From assembly GCF_002854065.1 (NCBI RefSeq), contig NZ_CP024152.1: 64,000 nt of DNA. One strand, given 5' to 3'. Position 1 is the stretch's first letter. Every line of letters begins with the position of its first letter. The notes beneath the pieces are model-generated. The model searched no databases, was not told the DNA's origin, and saw only the letters and a list, made by a program, of their open reading frames with translations. Source of the stretch: Escherichia coli. Its GTDB lineage: Bacteria > Pseudomonadota > Gammaproteobacteria > Enterobacterales > Enterobacteriaceae. A program made the translations under genes and the position numbers. Positions 10,801 through 20,800 of this stretch are shown piece by piece.

Positions 10801-11658
10801 CTTAAAAACCGCAGTGGCAGCAAACTCTACTGGGGGGAACAACTGGAAAGTCTGGTCAAAAACCATCAGAAAGGTGACGTGGTGACACTGACACTTCAGA
10901 ACCGCGAACAATTCATCCTCCCGGGAGAGCAAAAAGCACGTTTCCGGAATAAGTGGTCCATGGAGTCAGTTACCAACGGGATCTCGGTATCACATGATAA
11001 TCCGGATAAAGGTCAGCGTATTCAGGCGATTCCGGTCGAAACCTTTATGAAAGTGGCTGCGCAAATCAGCCAGGGGTGGCCCGAAGAGATGAAAGCGTTA
11101 CGTATGCCAGAAAACGTCGGCTCACATCTGTTTATCGGTGAAGACCGACATCCGGTCTCCGCGCCACAGAACGCAAATCAGGTAACAGAAATAACCAGCG
11201 CAGCCCCTGACAAGCTGACACCTGTTCTGGGATCAGTGGATAAGGATACGCGTGAACTCAACCTGCTACTTGTCCAGAGTGCCGATGAACATCTGCAGGG
11301 TGTGGTCCGGCTGAACGGCACATTGTATCCGGCACTGGCCACCCCATCAGCCGACAACAGTCAGCTGGTTATCAATGCGCTGACCGACAAAGGTTTACGC
11401 TTTGCAGGTTATGGTGAAGCGGTAAACCACGATGCTGACAGCACGAATCGCCCTGCACCGGAGCTTATGCAGTTTCATCTGAAAACCCGGGAAGAACCGC
11501 TTTTTGCTGCTGTCTACACGCCGGAAAAACAACCTGATGCGTTGTACCGGAACCTGGGCTTCGAGCAGTCATGGCAGCAGTGGTCCAACAGCCAAAAGCC
11601 GGAGGACAGGCAGGAAAAAACTCTGCATCAGGATCTCTCCCACAGCCCCGGCCGATGA
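7891..11658 (+). CDS. sogL: Sog DNA primase, long form (1255 aa)
   Basis: 1255-codon ORF from the ATG at 7891 (GGAG RBS); N-terminal primase-like domain; long acidic Pro/Ser/Thr/Glu-rich linker; size and position match IncI1 sog. Confidence 0.8.
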   Translation: MPSVSRYRTWLAVPADEIEDLKKAHPPMNGHTPVIWDKEHKLWFARPGADLSRLDRWLPRPQDVSMNGSDPVTEFAQVLENAGLVLKELPVMDGKIHRVPTADDKKGQKSGAYRGFLDGRPAGWYRDYRSADNSPITWTFSGGEQTDPRARLHLKAHSMQRREDAERELKAQYNRQAAYARRYINKWPQATAHEYLTRKGIQAAPGVRVNNKNELVIPFSNRNGAIRSYQRIPVTGGKDARILIDSEKTGNWFALGTPRNGQPVLFAEGYATAASLHEATGLPVLMTVDGGNMIAVAENARQKWTQSPFIFCADNDHAIRVNKGIVSATKAAELTGGSVIFPAFTDAEKAQGLTDFNDLDASRGRAAFQHVINAQLEHIGVSTPNSNTPEMREALVIGNLVFTPVHTEEKTMTPTEYPETSPDTGHSHDQGPSLPSATQQEQPAASSSNIADETQSFTSHATENNGKDERHADNVQAQTESSVVQDSPAESLASPESTTASAPDEPAHPAEPPEKVVSVATDKDWREFEAELSQPEKNESQQESGTSPEIPAPAATTASPEDSPSSETMNESAEPSPSPDAVKEEMTAMTEPDDKQSTGISPDTPREEAVNHVTEDIPLQPEPFLPESDGPEEYENYSAYQELMNNENPEHLQENSDMPSQPDTGHVQADESELQATTDTVEPAVRDDPTPQQPVQSTSSSDNTSSFLDKARGFFTRKKTDSQAHENSDPTPSPETTTTTPAPDSIVYAPERPDAPISLNLDEIIKSLEGEERADRTVLYKLDGKPAFIDRVNRLEMVNGASNDDRSVLAALAVATDFYGGVIELTGSDAFKQKAMQLIIEHNIKVRMKFPDQRAALEKLRKEMAVGKDTVVTHKPTPELNRNTPEQPAVPDPVQEKEATQSPASPVAPEASTVSTVPASSPAEPGKTADAAQGEEPPGKLRPGESVTAVLHNFGRAEYAPGKGESFFVELKNRSGSKLYWGEQLESLVKNHQKGDVVTLTLQNREQFILPGEQKARFRNKWSMESVTNGISVSHDNPDKGQRIQAIPVETFMKVAAQISQGWPEEMKALRMPENVGSHLFIGEDRHPVSAPQNANQVTEITSAAPDKLTPVLGSVDKDTRELNLLLVQSADEHLQGVVRLNGTLYPALATPSADNSQLVINALTDKGLRFAGYGEAVNHDADSTNRPAPELMQFHLKTREEPLFAAVYTPEKQPDALYRNLGFEQSWQQWSNSQKPEDRQEKTLHQDLSHSPGR
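9124..11658 (+). CDS. sogS: Candidate in-frame internal initiation product of sog (SogS-like)
   Basis: In-frame ATG at 9124 preceded by GAGGAAAAAACC. IncI1 sog is known to give two products by in-frame reinitiation; the exact start is not verifiable here. Confidence 0.35.
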   Translation: MTPTEYPETSPDTGHSHDQGPSLPSATQQEQPAASSSNIADETQSFTSHATENNGKDERHADNVQAQTESSVVQDSPAESLASPESTTASAPDEPAHPAEPPEKVVSVATDKDWREFEAELSQPEKNESQQESGTSPEIPAPAATTASPEDSPSSETMNESAEPSPSPDAVKEEMTAMTEPDDKQSTGISPDTPREEAVNHVTEDIPLQPEPFLPESDGPEEYENYSAYQELMNNENPEHLQENSDMPSQPDTGHVQADESELQATTDTVEPAVRDDPTPQQPVQSTSSSDNTSSFLDKARGFFTRKKTDSQAHENSDPTPSPETTTTTPAPDSIVYAPERPDAPISLNLDEIIKSLEGEERADRTVLYKLDGKPAFIDRVNRLEMVNGASNDDRSVLAALAVATDFYGGVIELTGSDAFKQKAMQLIIEHNIKVRMKFPDQRAALEKLRKEMAVGKDTVVTHKPTPELNRNTPEQPAVPDPVQEKEATQSPASPVAPEASTVSTVPASSPAEPGKTADAAQGEEPPGKLRPGESVTAVLHNFGRAEYAPGKGESFFVELKNRSGSKLYWGEQLESLVKNHQKGDVVTLTLQNREQFILPGEQKARFRNKWSMESVTNGISVSHDNPDKGQRIQAIPVETFMKVAAQISQGWPEEMKALRMPENVGSHLFIGEDRHPVSAPQNANQVTEITSAAPDKLTPVLGSVDKDTRELNLLLVQSADEHLQGVVRLNGTLYPALATPSADNSQLVINALTDKGLRFAGYGEAVNHDADSTNRPAPELMQFHLKTREEPLFAAVYTPEKQPDALYRNLGFEQSWQQWSNSQKPEDRQEKTLHQDLSHSPGR

Positions 11659-11675
11659 GCCGGTAAGGAAGCCAT

Positions 11676-12023
11676 ATGAACATGCATAAGTCTCTGGTTG
11701 CCGTGCTCGGCCTTATCCTGATTTCATCCACGGCAAGTGCTGCAACCTGTCGTGCGGGTAGCGCGGCACAGGCCGGTAGTAATACAGGATATGAGCGAGC
11801 ACGTGCAGCTGCGGATGCATGGTCACAACGTGAAAACGATGTTTCCTCATCCCTGCAGTCCTGTCTGTCACGAATCAAAAAAATCAGCATAAACCTCCCC
11901 CAGTTCCCCAGCCTTGACGACATTCTGTCGCAGCTGGAAAACCAGGTCTGCGACGCGGTCGTGGACAAGGTGAATGAAAAGCTGCCGGGGAATATTGATC
12001 CCTGGAAGGACTACAACCTATGA
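11676..12023 (+). CDS. traL: TraL, exported small protein (115 aa)
   Basis: Signal peptide; RBS AAGGAAG; order matches R64. Confidence 0.6.
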   Translation: MNMHKSLVAVLGLILISSTASAATCRAGSAAQAGSNTGYERARAAADAWSQRENDVSSSLQSCLSRIKKISINLPQFPSLDDILSQLENQVCDAVVDKVNEKLPGNIDPWKDYNL

Positions 12024-12712
12024 CCGAAAATACCGAGCCATCCTCGCCATCACATCCGGCACCTGACCCGGAAATACTGAAGAGCACAATCAGGGCTATG
12101 AAGCAGTCAGAACAGCGGGCAAATAATGTCCCTGCGCTGATAAAAGCGCTTTTATGTACGGGCACATGTCTTCTTATCAGTATTACTGGTAACGCCATTC
12201 AGTACTGGCACTCAACGAATGTGGAGCGCGAATATTTCGCTACAGACAATGGTCGTCTGGTCAGGCTGGCACCAACAAGTCAGCCAGCATGGAGTCAGAA
12301 TGATGCAATGGCCTTTGGCAGCCAGGCACTGGCGACCGCATTCAACCTGGATTTTGTGCACTATCGTTCACAGATCTCCTCCCTGTCTCCGCGTTTTTCT
12401 GACGAAGGTTTTGTCGGATATGTGAATGCATTACAGGCATCTAACATTCTGGAGACGATCAAGAAAGAGAAGATGAATCTGACCGCCACGACAGGTGCTG
12501 GCGTTCTGGTACGACAGGGACAAATGTCCGACGGCGTATGGTTCTGGACATTCCAGTATCCTGTCCGTATGCGTCTGGTCGGCCAGACAACCAGCAAGCC
12601 AGAACAGTCTTTTGTTTTCGAAATCACCATCCAGCGTGTTGACCCCAGACTGAAACCATCCGGTATGGAAATCCGGCAGATGATCTCCCGTAACGCCGGA
12701 CCGAACTCCTGA
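12020..12712 (+). CDS. traM: TraM (230 aa)
   Basis: Start overlaps the traL stop; TM segment near the N-terminus. Confidence 0.6.
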   Translation: MTENTEPSSPSHPAPDPEILKSTIRAMKQSEQRANNVPALIKALLCTGTCLLISITGNAIQYWHSTNVEREYFATDNGRLVRLAPTSQPAWSQNDAMAFGSQALATAFNLDFVHYRSQISSLSPRFSDEGFVGYVNALQASNILETIKKEKMNLTATTGAGVLVRQGQMSDGVWFWTFQYPVRMRLVGQTTSKPEQSFVFEITIQRVDPRLKPSGMEIRQMISRNAGPNS

Positions 12713-12722
12713 GATAAGTAAT

Positions 12723-13706
12723 ATGCAATCACGTTATTTACTGAGCACACTGCTCCTGGTGTGCAGCGCCGCCACGTCTGCAGATAACGCAGGATGGCAG
12801 AACGCACGCACACCACAAACGACAAATTCTGCCAGCGATCACGTTCAGAACACCTCCCAAAACACCGGAGGTGTTCCGGCAACACTGGTAAAAGGTGAGC
12901 TGCCTGCCCCCGGGCAGGCCAGCCCGCTGGTACAGGATGCGGCAAGGCTTGATTCTGAGCTCTCCGCCGATGAGATTCGCTCACTACGCAGTCTCATGGC
13001 GGATAACGAGCGGGCCATCAATGCGCCCATCACCAGTGTTGTACCCCGTATCAGCTCTCTGACAGTTAATCTGTCCCCCGGTGCCAGCCTTCCTCTTGTT
13101 CGCACAGCCATGAACAACCTGAGCGTGGTGACATTTACCGATATCAACGGTTCACCATGGCCACAATCCGATCCTCCTTATAACGCGGCACCAAAACTCT
13201 TTGATGTGCAGTACAACGAGAACATGGTGACAATCACACCATTGCGGCCATGGGCATCCGGAAATATTTCTGTCTACCTGAAAGGTCTGTCGGTACCGGT
13301 CATCCTGAACGTAACCAGTGGCGAAACAGATACGCCGTCATCCAGTCAGGAAATGGACAGTCGTCTGGATCTGCGAATACCACGGCAGGGACCAACCAGC
13401 CCAGTTGTCTCCATCCCGACGGATAAGATCGCCCTGCATGATGCAACATTACAGGCATTTCTGGATGGTATTCCTCCCCGGGACCCTTCAGTTAAGAGGC
13501 TGAAATTCACAGGTAATGTCCCGGATACAACGATCTGGCAACACGGCGATGACCTTCTGGTTCGTTCCCGGGCGATGTTGCGCGATGAATTTGAACAGAC
13601 CTTGTCCTCTGCCGACGGAACTCATCTCTGGAAACTTCCCGTCACCCCACTACTGACTTTCTCTGTGAATGGCCAGTCCGTTCACGTGACACCAGAACTG
13701 GAGTAA
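12723..13706 (+). CDS. traN: TraN, exported protein (327 aa)
   Basis: Signal peptide MQSRYLLSTLLLVCSAATSA; order matches R64. Confidence 0.6.
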   Translation: MQSRYLLSTLLLVCSAATSADNAGWQNARTPQTTNSASDHVQNTSQNTGGVPATLVKGELPAPGQASPLVQDAARLDSELSADEIRSLRSLMADNERAINAPITSVVPRISSLTVNLSPGASLPLVRTAMNNLSVVTFTDINGSPWPQSDPPYNAAPKLFDVQYNENMVTITPLRPWASGNISVYLKGLSVPVILNVTSGETDTPSSSQEMDSRLDLRIPRQGPTSPVVSIPTDKIALHDATLQAFLDGIPPRDPSVKRLKFTGNVPDTTIWQHGDDLLVRSRAMLRDEFEQTLSSADGTHLWKLPVTPLLTFSVNGQSVHVTPELE

Positions 13707-13708
13707 TC

Positions 13709-14998
13709 ATGAGTGCTGAACAGGATGCCGGTAAATCCGGAAAGAAACTGGCTGCCCTGCTTGGACTGGGCAGCATCATCTTATTTGGCGGCGGCTATAT
13801 CGCGTTTTCCAAACTATCAGGGAGTAACAGCGATATGCAGTCAGCCGTGAACATTAACAGTGCAGCAAGCGGCGGAACGCGCAGCGTTACCGAAACGCCT
13901 CACTATCGTGAACTGTTAAGAGCGGATAATGAACGAGGGGCCGCAGCTGCAGCCCGCAATAATCAGACGTTCATTGCCAGTCTTCCACAGGGGCTTGATA
14001 TTCCGGACACTCCGGAAAAGCAACAACAGCCTGCAGCAAAACCGGAAAACTATGCTCATCGCCAGGCTTCCGGCACACCACAGGAGGATCGAGCAGCCAG
14101 TGAAAAACGTATGGAGCGGCTGCAAACGCTGATTGTAAGAATAAAAGATCAGCATCCTGCCGGTAGTACACCAACCATAGCAACGACTATGTGGAATAAA
14201 TCTCCGGCAGAAACAACAGGGCAGAATGGTACGCAGCAATTCGCATTACAGAATGCCAGCCTGTCCACGCCTGTAGCAGAAAAAGGGATACAACTGATAC
14301 CTGCTCTGACCCGTATACCGGCATATATTGATACTGCAGTGGATTCTGATAACCCGTCATCCAAGGTTATCGCAACCATTCCCGCTGGCCCCTGGGCAGG
14401 GGCAACGCTGTTCAGTCCGGGAGTCAAACTGGTGGGTAACGGCGTGGAGATCCATTTCGACCGGATGAGCTGGAACGGCATGGACCTTAAGGTCAATGCA
14501 TATGCTCAACGGGAAGACAACCTGATGTCATCCGTGGCCAGCAATGTGAATACACGCTGGTTTAAACATATCATTCTGCCGTCAGTGTTAGGAGGTGTGG
14601 GCAGTATTGGCACACTTTATAAAGATGCCAACACGCAGGTTATTCAGGGTAACTATGGCACGGTTACCGGACGCGTGGGAATGCCCAGTGGTGAAGCTGT
14701 TGCGGGCGTTATTGCCGGTGGTATGGCGGAAAGAGGAAGTCAGATATTAACCCGCCAGGCAGAAAGTGAGCCCTATAAACAGGTAGAAGTGTATCAGCAT
14801 GAAGTCGTATCAATTCTGTTTGTTGACCCGGTAATGACAAACGACGCCAGGTCATCTTCCCTTTCCAGTGGCATTTCCCCTTCAGTTAATCGTACATCAC
14901 AGGCGGAACAACGCTCGCAGGCACGAATGCAGACAGCCATGGAGCAAAGAAAAGCTGTGATGCAACGTCGGTATGATGAACAACCGGAGACACCATAA
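13709..14998 (+). CDS. traO: TraO (DotG/VirB10-like core component), 429 aa
   Basis: N-terminal TM helix, Pro/Gln-rich linker and conserved C-terminal domain; GGAG RBS. Confidence 0.6.
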   Translation: MSAEQDAGKSGKKLAALLGLGSIILFGGGYIAFSKLSGSNSDMQSAVNINSAASGGTRSVTETPHYRELLRADNERGAAAAARNNQTFIASLPQGLDIPDTPEKQQQPAAKPENYAHRQASGTPQEDRAASEKRMERLQTLIVRIKDQHPAGSTPTIATTMWNKSPAETTGQNGTQQFALQNASLSTPVAEKGIQLIPALTRIPAYIDTAVDSDNPSSKVIATIPAGPWAGATLFSPGVKLVGNGVEIHFDRMSWNGMDLKVNAYAQREDNLMSSVASNVNTRWFKHIILPSVLGGVGSIGTLYKDANTQVIQGNYGTVTGRVGMPSGEAVAGVIAGGMAERGSQILTRQAESEPYKQVEVYQHEVVSILFVDPVMTNDARSSSLSSGISPSVNRTSQAEQRSQARMQTAMEQRKAVMQRRYDEQPETP

Positions 14999-15702
14999 TG
15001 AAACCTGAAACAGAAATAGATGAAACCGGCAGCTTCGGTGAACCCGAAGAGAAACCCGCCCCCTTCTGGAAACGTTCCGTCTGGGGGATATCTGTAGCAA
15101 CATGGGGGTTATGTGCAATCGTGTTGCTCGCAGCCATATGGTATCTGTTCCTGAGAGCGCCATCGGAAACAGGCATGCCTCCGTTTAATGATGCGGATGC
15201 TGGCGTACAGACCTGGCAAACCACACAAGAATCATCACCTTCCGTTCAGTCCACTGAGACTATGACTGTCCGGACAGGAGAAGATATGAGCCAGCTTGCC
15301 CGGGATGTAAAAACAGAGCTGGATAACCGCGATGAAAAAATTCAGGCAACACTGAATATGCTTCACGACAGCATTAACAAGCTGGGCGAAGCTATAAAAA
15401 AGGATGAAGAATACGCACAGGAAACACGCCGTCAGCTGGATGATATCCGGAGCCGCCTGAACGGAATAATGACACAGAAAAGCGTCACTGAATCCTCTTC
15501 CACACCGCATCCAGCAAAGAAAAAAACGTCGTCTGTACTTAACGGAATGAAAATCATGTCGATGGAAACTGGTATGGCCTGGATTCGCTGGCAGGGTAGT
15601 ACCTGGGCTGTCAGAGAAGGTCAGACGCTGGGCAATGTGGTGATCCAGCGGATTGATCCGACTACCCGGACCATCATCACCAGTGCAGGGACGTTACGCT
15701 GA
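14998..15702 (+). CDS. traP: TraP (234 aa)
   Basis: TAATG overlap with traO; single TM segment then a coiled-coil region. Confidence 0.6.
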   Translation: MKPETEIDETGSFGEPEEKPAPFWKRSVWGISVATWGLCAIVLLAAIWYLFLRAPSETGMPPFNDADAGVQTWQTTQESSPSVQSTETMTVRTGEDMSQLARDVKTELDNRDEKIQATLNMLHDSINKLGEAIKKDEEYAQETRRQLDDIRSRLNGIMTQKSVTESSSTPHPAKKKTSSVLNGMKIMSMETGMAWIRWQGSTWAVREGQTLGNVVIQRIDPTTRTIITSAGTLR

Positions 15703-16229
15703 TGAACATGGATGCCCTGACCGCCATTGAGAACTTTGCCAGCAGTATTTTCAGTGCCGGAATGGATTTCCTGTTTACCTGGGGAGAATTCATCGGGGTG
15801 ATCAGCATGATTACCCTGTTTGCCCGCGCCCGTTCAGCCGGTCCGGTAAAAATGTCTCCCGGAAAATTTATTGCGGGGATGTTAACCAGCTGCATGCTCG
15901 TATCACTCCCGGCAATGATTAACGCCGGAGGCGTACAAATGGGATTCAGGGCTGACTCATTTGGCCCGATTGCATATGTACAACCTCAGACGTTTGGCGC
16001 TGCTGCTGGCGCAGCAAATGCAGTTCTGTCGCTGGCCAAGCTGGCCGGTGTTGGATTTGTAATGAACGGGATATCCATCTGGCGCAAGGCCGGACTCGAT
16101 GGACATACCGCACTGAGTGCCAGTGAATCCGTCAGTAAGGGAAACGTCAAATTTATTGCCGGCGTCCTGCTGGTCTTTATCGATCGTGTCCTCAATGCCC
16201 TGCTGGCAAGCATTGGAATCGTCTTCTGA
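15702..16229 (+). CDS. traQ: TraQ membrane protein (175 aa)
   Basis: Overlapping start; several hydrophobic segments. Confidence 0.6.
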   Translation: MNMDALTAIENFASSIFSAGMDFLFTWGEFIGVISMITLFARARSAGPVKMSPGKFIAGMLTSCMLVSLPAMINAGGVQMGFRADSFGPIAYVQPQTFGAAAGAANAVLSLAKLAGVGFVMNGISIWRKAGLDGHTALSASESVSKGNVKFIAGVLLVFIDRVLNALLASIGIVF

Positions 16230-16279
16230 TTTTTTTCACCTTCATATAAACCACTGATATATCCATTTAAGGAGAAACT

Positions 16280-16684
16280 ATGTCACGTATTCGTGTCGTA
16301 GCGGCCCGTCTGTACGCCGCATTTATCCACGCACAACTGTTTGTAATGTCATGCCGGAGCAAACTGACTAAGTTCCTGCTGCTCATTCCCATGATGTTGC
16401 TGCCCAAAGCCGTTCTTGCCGATGGAGATCTTGCCGATATGGTTCGCAATGTCGAACAAGGTGCCAAAACAGCACAGTCATCATCACTGACTATTGCGCA
16501 GTTCATCGGCGTAATTCTGTTTCTCGGGGGCCTGATTGGCCTGAAAAAAGTTGGGAAACAAGGGGGGATGGGACTGGCTAGTTGCATTGTATCTATCGTC
16601 ATTGGGGCGGTACTTGTCGCCGGACCTGAAATGATGAGTCGCAGCCAGAAACAGTTGGGGATTTCCTCAATTTCCATTGGCTAA
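16280..16684 (+). CDS. traR: TraR membrane protein (134 aa)
   Basis: AAGGAG RBS; hydrophobic helices. Confidence 0.6.
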   Translation: MSRIRVVAARLYAAFIHAQLFVMSCRSKLTKFLLLIPMMLLPKAVLADGDLADMVRNVEQGAKTAQSSSLTIAQFIGVILFLGGLIGLKKVGKQGGMGLASCIVSIVIGAVLVAGPEMMSRSQKQLGISSISIG

Positions 16685-16747
16685 TCTTGTCCAGGGCACT
16701 GGCATTTATCCGGTGCCCTTCCTGTTCGGCAATACAAGGAGGCACAT

Positions 16748-16936
16748 ATGTCTGCCTGGAGCCCGGAGCACATAACGTTACGACGAACAGAAAACGGCAA
16801 TGTGATTGCCCACGACAGTCGGGACGATCAGGAATTCATTTTTGCAGAATGCTGTTCCGATGAAATCGCAAACATCATTCTGGAAGCCGTGAAACGTTAC
16901 ACCAGTACGGAGCCTGCTCATGCAACACAGCATTAA
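16748..16936 (+). CDS. traS: TraS small protein (62 aa)
   Basis: AAGGAGG RBS 7 nt upstream; position matches R64. Confidence 0.5.
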   Translation: MSAWSPEHITLRRTENGNVIAHDSRDDQEFIFAECCSDEIANIILEAVKRYTSTEPAHATQH

Positions 16937-17720
16937 AAACTTGTGGTTGTATCCCTTTCCAGAAATTGATGTGGTTCATACACAGGAGCCACTGTTACCG
17001 GAACCGGAATTAACAACGCCCGGTCGATGTATCTGCTGCCGGCAAAACGTCAGGCACCGTTTCAGACTGGATGACTCATGGCCACTCAGACAGCTTACCG
17101 ACACAATCAGTGACACACGAGTTCGTCTTAATAAGGCCACAGAACATCTGGTTAAGTTAATCAGGCGTGGTGAACCAGTCGCAACCGGCGAAAAGGAAAA
17201 GTACAACACGGCAGTAAAAGCCGCTGAACGGGCGCTTGAGCAGGCCCGTCTGTCTGCCAGACGTCTTTCACTCCGCCATGTACAGAAAGCTGAAATCACC
17301 AGTACAGAGCCGTTGTCAGAGAAAGAGCAGGAACTGTTTCATGAAGACGGCCCGCCTTACAGCTTATGTGCTTTCTGCCACGCCTGGCATTCACTGAATG
17401 GTTATGCCGCAGCACAGGGCGTTATGGTGTGGCTACCCGACCTTCATCCATCCACAGTCGTGGCCCTTAACCGCCGTTCATTACAGGAAGTTTTCAGTAA
17501 TGATAAGTTCCGGGTCCGGCGGGGACGGGAAGCGCTCTCTGCACTGATGCAAAACAGACTGGCGGTTGAGGATAAATTCCGCAGTTTCCGCCCGGCCGAT
17601 TTCGCTGACGTTTTTCGTCGCTATCCACCTTCCGGTCGTTCGCCCCTGCGTGAAAAAATGAACGGGATTGCCCTGATTCTGACACCAGATTCATTCATCA
17701 AAAAAGAATACGTTGATTGA
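16920..17720 (+). CDS. traT: TraT (266 aa)
   Basis: ORF overlapping the traS end; Cys-rich N-terminal region. Confidence 0.55.
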   Translation: MQHSIKNLWLYPFPEIDVVHTQEPLLPEPELTTPGRCICCRQNVRHRFRLDDSWPLRQLTDTISDTRVRLNKATEHLVKLIRRGEPVATGEKEKYNTAVKAAERALEQARLSARRLSLRHVQKAEITSTEPLSEKEQELFHEDGPPYSLCAFCHAWHSLNGYAAAQGVMVWLPDLHPSTVVALNRRSLQEVFSNDKFRVRRGREALSALMQNRLAVEDKFRSFRPADFADVFRRYPPSGRSPLREKMNGIALILTPDSFIKKEYVD

Positions 17721-17809
17721 TTTTTCTTCATGCCACTCCAGCGCGGGGTGGCATTAAAAAAATCAAACTGCACAAACCTCCCTCCTGTAAGTCCGGAGTT
17801 CCCTCACCT

Positions 17810-20800
17810 ATGAACATAAACCGTTTAATCTTCACTATCGAAGACTGTCTGAACACGCTATCCCGTTTCTCTGTCGCAAGCAGTTTTGTTGAATATTGCG
17901 ATTTACGTACTGTAATTGGTCTGGACAGACAGGATCGTGAACGCCGCCCATGGCTGAATTCGCCCTATATTGCAGCCACAAAGCGTGGAGAATATCTCTC
18001 TGTCTTTGAAGTCAGCGGTGCTTTCAGGGAAATGGATGAAGCATCCGACCAGACTGGCCCAGGTTCACTGGAATCGCTGATCACCAGCATGAGTGACAGC
18101 CTGAATACGGCATATAAAAACAGCGGTCATAAAATCAGCTTCGTTTTTGAGCGTGATCCTGACATGGGGAAAGAAGAAATCGAAGACATGGTCGCCCCAC
18201 AAAAGCGCTCACTGGCTAATACAGGTATCCAGTTACAGGATGTGGTCGATGAGAAAGTCACAACACTGTCCCCATGGCTGGTCCGGGAGCGTTGCTGGCT
18301 GGCGATCTGGAGTGGACCCGACCTTATCAGCAACAGCGATCGCACCGCCCATGATGAGCTTGTCAGAAGACTGGCTGAACGGGTACCGAAAGCACGCTTT
18401 GCCCAGTCCCCCTGGCAGTGGGCCTTATCTGCACTGAAAATCCGCCACGAAGCTTTTCTTGATAATGTGGAACAGGCACTGAGACATTCATCTGATGGCC
18501 TGATTCTCCGGCTACTGGATATACACGAGGTCGGGCGTGAAATACGTCGTCAGACAGAACGGCACAGCACACCGCGTAACTGGCAACCCCACCTGCCTGA
18601 AGATGCCCAGCCAGCGGGATATCGCTGGACTGACGATGAATCCGTACTACATGCTCCTTCATTGCATTTGCAGTTATTCAACACTCAGGTGACCACACAG
18701 GGCAACCTGGTTCAGGCGGGCGGACTCTGGCACGGAATGGTATCGATTACTTTACCTCCGCAAAATCTGCAGACGTTTAACGAACTGGTCCGTGCCGTCC
18801 CCCGCGCAGTCCCCTGGCGCATCAGAATGGATCTGATGCCCGGCGGGATGAAGGCTCTTAATCTGAAGAAAACGCTTCTGACTTACAGCAGCTTCATTTC
18901 TGCCGTTCGTCCAATGTATGAATCCGTTATGACCCTGGCTGCAACGGATGAAAAAGAACCTGTCTGCATAATGACCATCATGGCCTCCACGTGGGGAAAA
19001 ACACGTGAAATATGCACACGAAACCAGGCCATTCTGAAATCGGCCATTGAAGGCTGGGGCGTATGTGGCACCACGACAACATTTGGCGATCCCCGACGCG
19101 CCTGGGTGAATACCATTCTCGCGGCATCCGGAGGCTCCGGCCCGGTTCCCCTGTATCCCCCGTTGTCACATGCCATCTCGCTTTTCCCGCTTAACAGGGC
19201 AGGCTCTGTCTGGCGAGGCAAAGGGAATCTGATGTTACATACAGAAGACGGTTCCGCATTTGAGGTTGGTCTGGCGTCATCCCAACAAAATAAACATACA
19301 GAACTGGCACCAGGCGATCCGGGACTGGGTAAATCAGTTCTGATTAATACGTTGTCGGAAATACAGATATCATCTGCTCAGAAAAACCTGCCCTTCATTG
19401 CCTATATCGATAAGGGATACAGTGCTCAGGGACTGGTTCAGCTTATTCGCGACAGTCTTCCTCCGGAAAGAAAAGACGAAGCTGTCGGTATTATTCTGAG
19501 CAATGATCCGGAATACACCCGTAACCTTTTTGACGTGATGTACGGCGCTAAAAAGCCTATTACGCCGGAAAAGAATTTCATGTCATCTGTGCTGTGTGCT
19601 CTCTGTGTCGATACCGGTACCGGTCAACCCTGTAACCCCGGAGACACCCGACAAATTATCAACCAGCTTATCGAGCTGGCTTTTAAAGAGTACGGTGAAA
19701 ATAATCCGCGACTTTATCGCGCCTCAACGGAAGAACTGGTGGATTCAGCACTGCAGGACTCGGGACTGTATGAAAAACATGATGCAGCCTGGTGGGCCAG
19801 ATCAACCTGGTTCGAAGTCCGGGATATGCTCCACAATGCCGGGTATATCATGGCGGCTCAGCGGGCACATTATCAGGCAATGCCCCAGCTTCCCGAAGTG
19901 TCCTCGATGCTGGGCCATACCAGTCTCAGGGATGTTTTCGGTACTGTTCAGCGTGATGGTTCAAACGAACTTCTGCTGGACTACATCCGCCGCGCTCTCG
20001 AGCAGGGACATAACGACTACCCCATGATATCCGGGTATACCCGGTTTATGATCAACCCGGAAACCCGGGTCATCGCTGTCGATCTGAATAATGTTGCCGG
20101 TGACAAAACGCCTGCAGGCAGGCTTAAAACCGGCATCATGTACCTGCTTGCAGGTCAGATCGCCGGTGGTGACTTCACCCTGCCACAATACAGGGATGAA
20201 GTGTTAAAGCAGCTTCCACGGGAATACCATGAAATCGCTCTTAAACGTATTAACCAACTTGATCAGGAGGTTAAGACAAAAGTTTATGATGAACTGCATA
20301 ACGCCCGGGGCATTGACTTCATCTGGGAAAATCTGGATACCCAGGAGCGTGAGCAACGCAAGTTTGCTATCCGCACGGTTCTGAGTACGCAGTATCTGAG
20401 GGACTACCCGGAAAGCGTTCTTAAGTCAGCAAATACTCTCTGGTTACTGCGCTACAAACCCGAAGATATCCCCGTACTGAGGGATAACTTCAACGTGCCT
20501 GAATTTATGCTGAAACGCTTCCTGAAAATGCCGGAAGGCCCGGCACCAGATGGTAGTGGTGTTCCTGTTCTGGGAGTATTCAGGGTAAAAAGTGGCACGC
20601 TTGCGAGAATACTCAAATTTACCGTCGGTCCACTGGAGCTATGGGCGCTGAACTCATCGCCAAAAGACAGTGCCCTGCGTAAAACACTGACAAATAAGTT
20701 AGGTTCAGTTCGGGCACGTAAGATTCTGGCCGAAAACTTCCCCAGAGGTTCTGCAACGTCATTAATTGAGCACCGGGCGGGCCAACATAACAGTGACAAT